Positions 59,618-64,000 of a stretch of DNA of 64,000 bases are shown here, in pieces (position 1 is the stretch's first letter; each line of letters begins with the position of its first letter). Under the pieces are notes generated by a model that was not told the DNA's origin, did no database searches, and saw only the letters and a program-made list of their open reading frames with translations. Source of the DNA: Mustelus asterias (taxonomy: Eukaryota). Location: the NCBI RefSeq assembly GCF_964213995.1, contig NC_135806.1, forward strand, positions 66,588,001 through 66,652,000. Reading direction: 5' to 3'. The translations under genes and the position numbers were made by a program.

Positions 59618-59993
59618 GGGGAGGCGGTGGCATCATGGTAATGTCACTGGACTAGAAATCCAGAGACTCAGGACAATGCTCTGGGGACCCGTGTTTGAAT
59701 CCTACCATAGCAGCTAGTGAAATTCGAATTCAATAAAAGTCTGGGATTAAAAGTAGAATGATGACCAGGAAACCATTGTCGATTGTCGTAAAAACCCATC
59801 TAGTTCACGAATGTCCTTTTTAGGGAAGGAAATCTGCCGTCCTTACCTGGTCTGGTCTACATGTGACTCCAGATCCACAGAAATGTGGTTGACTCTTAAA
59901 TGCCCTCAGGCCACTCAGTTGAAGGGCAGTTAGGGATGGCAATAAATGTCGGCCTAGCCAGCGATGTTCACCTCCCATGAATGGAATAAAAAG
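59618..59993 (+). mobile_element. tRNA-derived SINE with L2-type tail
   Basis: Paralogue of 6283-6636; head GGTGGCATCATGG...GTTTGAATCC, tail GGATGGCAATAAATGTCGGCCTAGCCAGCGATG...AATAAAAA. Confidence 0.8.
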
Positions 59994-60989
59994 AATGTCT
60001 CAAAACAATTAAATCAGTGCAACGTTCTTTAAAAATTTTAACTTCCACAGATTAAACCAAGGAAGATTTTTGTGTAATGATCAAATGAAATTTCCCTACT
60101 GGTTTCACAGTCTGAATTCTCTTTCTTTAAAATATCTGCCACAAATATCCTTAAAGGAGTGCTTAATGGATCTCAATAATTCAGAATATAATGAAACGTT
60201 CTGAATGAGAATAAGAATATGACATATTAGCTCAGATATTGCTGTTCCCCTTACACTACTGATTACTGATCTGCAATAGCAGCTGGCTACGCTGAAAATG
60301 TAGCACTTGCTTAGGACTGCTGCAAAGTTTCCACAGTAGAACATTGGGTTGCAGTCCCAATGCACACGGTTTGTATGACAGGGCAATCACCCTGGCATTG
60401 TGGGCACTTGAGACTGAAGCAACCCCATTGACGTGCTAACCTAGTCACTTATTTGACCTGTTCAACTCCTCAAATCGAGCAGCATTATTGGAAAGGCTGC
60501 AGTTTGAATGCTGGAGTGAATTTAAAAGTGAGTTAATTCAAATTTTTCCTGCCTTGGTTTTGGAATTTTGTGCACACTTGGAAGAGCATTCAGAGCACTG
60601 CCAACACTGGGGCTTAACAGAGGCAAACCACAAAGAGCAGGAGGGGGTTGTTTATGATGTTGGATCATTCACATGGCATACAGTCCAAGTTCCATCCGGC
60701 AGATATAGCGACCTGGTAATGGCAGTAGAAATGTAACTAAAGTTTAACAGACAGTACAGTGTAGTGTCATTTTCTTCAGAAAGAAACACTCGTGACATCT
60801 ATATGGTTTTATCAATACAATCAAGGTCAGGGTGGCCCTCATTTATCATGCATCAGCTCTTTCTAAACTAACTTCTGTGCTGGCAATTTTCAATCCATGT
60901 GCATGTCAAAGAGATTACTTTTAACTGATCAGCAACCTAAGAAGGCAACACATTTCTCGAGAGCTGCTGGCTTCTCCACAAGGTCATTT

Positions 60990-61175
60990 ACATAGGATTA
61001 CATGGGATATACATCATACAGACCATTTGGTCCAGTCAGTCCATGCTAGTGTTAATGCTCCACTTGAGCCTCCTCCCATTTTTTCTCTTTTAAACCTATC
61101 ATTGTAACCCTGATATTCCCTCCTCCCTCGTATGCTTGTCTCATCCCATTTAATGCATCCATATTATTCACTTCC
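60990..61175 (-). mobile_element. Decayed CR1 3' end
   Basis: ACATAGGATTACAT tail and GACCATTTGGTCC hairpin remnant. Confidence 0.5.
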
Positions 61176-61427
61176 AGCTTACTAAAGCCCCGTTAGCATT
61201 CAGACCCCTGTGCACAAATTCTGCCTCGTATGATCCAAAAAGGATTGAGGATATTGTATGCGAATTACAGAATGGAATCATATATTAAAAGCTTGTCTAT
61301 TCAGGGTTGCTTGTGCTGTCTTCAGTATGAGGACACCATCTGCATCAGCCTCATTTGAAAGAGTCTATCGTGGTCAGCCATAACTCAGGATATTAATGCA
61401 CCAATCATATTCAGAACAAAACACAGT

Positions 61428-61672
61428 TAAAGTTTAAAGTTTTTTAGTTTATTTATTAGTATCACAAGTAGGCTTACATTAACATTGCAATGAAGTTACT
61501 GTGAAAATCCCCTAGTCGCCACACTCTGGCGCCTGTTTGGGTACACTGAGGAAGAATTTAGTATGGCCAATGCACATAACCAGCATATCTTTTGGATTGT
61601 GGGAGGAAACAGGTGCAGACATGGGGAGAATGTGCAGACTCCGCACAGAACCTGGCTGACAGGCAGCAGTGC
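61428..61672 (-). mobile_element. V-SINE with alternative tail, internally deleted
   Basis: (TAAAGTT)n tail, CACAAGTAGGCTTACATTAACATTGCAATGAAGTTACTGTGAAAATCCCC, partial V core. Confidence 0.8.
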
Positions 61673-62006
61673 AAGGTTTTTTTTTGTCCAGCGCATCACC
61701 ATTTTAAAGTGCCAAGTGCAGCAGCAGTTAGGTTGACATAATTAACCTCTGCATCTGTGACAAAGCAAAAAACATTAGCTGGAGCCCACTTCTGGCTGTT
61801 ACCTTGTGAGCCCTGCTGGGAAGTCAATGTTGGTTGAGGAAAGGATGCTGACTATTGTGTTGACACCACCTAGCCTCACACACCTTTGGATGGAGTACTG
61901 AAAGATATCTAGTGGATGGAACAGAATATACAAACACTAATTAATACATTTAGGAGAAGAGGGAAACAAAGTGGGAAATAATTTTGTATTCAGGGATGGG
62001 ATAATT

Positions 62007-64000
62007 ACATAGAATATAAAAAATAGGTGCAGGAGTAGGCCATTCGGCCCATCGACCTGCACCACCATTCAATATGATCATTGTTGATCATGCACTTTCA
62101 GTATCCCACTCCTGCTTTCTCTCCATATCCCTTGATCCCTTTAGCCACAAGGGCCACGTCCAGCTCCCTCTTGAACATATCTAACGAACTGGCCCCAGCA
62201 GCTTTCTGTGGTAGAGAATTCCACAGGTTCACAACTCTGAGTGAAGAAGCTGTTCCTCATCTTCGTCCTGAATGGCTTACCCCTTATTCTTAGACTGTGA
62301 CCCCTAGTTCTGCATTTCCCCAACATCAGGAAAATTCTTCCCGCATCTAGCCTGTCCAGTCCCATCAGGATTTTATATGTTTCTATGAGATCCCTCACAT
62401 TCTTCTAAATTCCAGTAAATATAAACCCAGTCGATCCAATCTCTCTTCATATGTTAGTCCTGTCATTCCAGGGATCAGTTTAGTGAACATTCGCTGGACT
62501 CCCTCAATAAAAGAATGTCCTTCCTCAGACTAGGAGACCATAACTGCACACAATACTCAAGGTCTCACCAAAGCCCGGTATAACTGTAGCAAGCCATCCT
62601 CACTTCTATACTCAAATCCTTTTGCTATGAAGGCCAGCATACCACTAGCTTTCCTTACCGTCCGTTATACCTGGATGCCAACCTTTAGCGACTGTTCCAC
62701 CATGACACCCCAGGTCACGTTGCACTTCCCCTTTTCCTAAACTGCCACCATTCAGATAATAATCTTCCTTCCTGTTTTTGCCACCAAAGTGAATAACCTC
62801 ACATTTATGCACATTGTAATGTATTTACCCACTCAGTCAGATGTCCGAGTCACCCTGCAGCCCCTTAGCATTCTCCTCACAGCACACACTGCCATCCAGC
62901 TCACTGTCATCTGCAAATTTGGAGACATTAAATTCAATTCTTTCGTTCAAATCATTAATGCATACTGTGAATAGTATGCACTGAACCCTGCGATACCCCA
63001 CTAGTCACTACCTGCCACTCTGAAAAGGACCTGTTTATTCCCATTCTCTGCTTCCTGTCTGCCAACCAGTTCTCTATCCACATCAATACATTACCCCAAT
63101 ACCATGAGCTTTAATCTTGCTCACTAATCTCTTGTGTAGGTCGTTGTCAAAAGCCTTTTGAAAGTCCAGATACACAACATTCTCTGGTTCACCCTTGTCC
63201 ACTCTGCTGGTCACATCCTCAAAAAATTCCATGATTACCCTTTAGTGAATCCATGCTGACTTGGACTGATCCTGTCACTGCTTTCCAAATGCTCAGTTAT
63301 GACATCCTTAATAATTGACTCCAGCATTTTCCCTACCACTGATGTCACGCTAACAGGTCTATAATTCTCTGTTTCCTCTCCCTCCTTTTTTAAAAGATGT
63401 GGTTACATTAGCTACCCTCCAATACATTGGAACTCTTTCAGAGTCTATAGAATGCTGAAAAATAATCACCAATGCGTTCACAATTTCTAGGGTCACTTCC
63501 TTGAGTACTCTAGGATGTAGAACATCAGGCCCTGGAGACTTATTGGGTTTTAATCCCAGCAATTTCCCCAATATAATTTCCTGACTAATAAAGATTTCCT
63601 TCAGTTCCTCTTTCATGCTAGACCCTCTGTCCGCTAGTATTTCTGGAAGGTTATTCGTGTCCTCCGTAATGACGACAGATCCAAAGTATTTGTTCAGCTT
63701 GTCTGCCATCTCTTTGTTGCCCATTATGAATTCACCTGATTCTAACATTTAGGGACCTATATTTGTCTTCACCAGTCTTTTTATCTTCACATATCTATAG
63801 AAGCTTTTGCAGTCAGTTTTTACATTTTCTGCAAGCTTACTCTTGTATTCTATTTTGCCCTCCCGAATTGAACCCTTTGCCCACCTCTGCTGGATTTTAA
63901 ATTTCTCCCAGTCCTCGGGTTTGCTGCTTTTTTGGGCCAATTTATACACCTCCTCTTTGGCTTTAACGCTATCCCTGATTTCCCTTGTGAGCCATGATTG
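62007..64000 (-). mobile_element. Decayed CR1 LINE ORF2, running off the window end
   Basis: Minus ORFs 63359-63748 (LNKYFGSV...KSPGPDVLHPRVLKE...WRVANVT), 63749-63949 and 62141-62398; 3' tail ACATAGAATATAAAAAATAGG. Confidence 0.9.

Overview
Vertebrate genomic DNA made up almost entirely of transposable elements. The repeat families (HE1-like V-SINEs with CR1 tails, esterase-ORF1 CR1 LINEs, Penelope-like elements) point to a shark; this is inference. I recognise no host protein-coding exon, so the window looks intronic or intergenic. Contents: (1) a young, essentially full-length CR1 LINE (~11650-16014, +) with intact ORF1 and an APE-RT ORF2 broken by one 2-bp slip, nested in a decayed Gypsy element; (2) many 5'-truncated CR1 and L2 pieces and tRNA-derived SINEs; (3) two Penelope-like element (PLE) families, including tiny fold-back insertions with hammerhead-ribozyme cores and target-site duplications (TSDs); (4) decayed PIF/Harbinger transposase and Myb/SANT genes plus related GC-rich MITEs; (5) solo LTRs. 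Strongest leads: a U_UUA_AAC slippery heptamer in exact -1 register at the CR1 ORF1/ORF2 junction, where ORF2 has no usable AUG; the hammerhead-bearing PLE hairpins with two fixed 3' end points; NRF1-like palindromes and a shared CACTTAGA box in the Harbinger MITEs; and a perfect 62-bp inverted duplication. Boundaries of decayed repeats are approximate, and family names come from motif recognition, not database searches.
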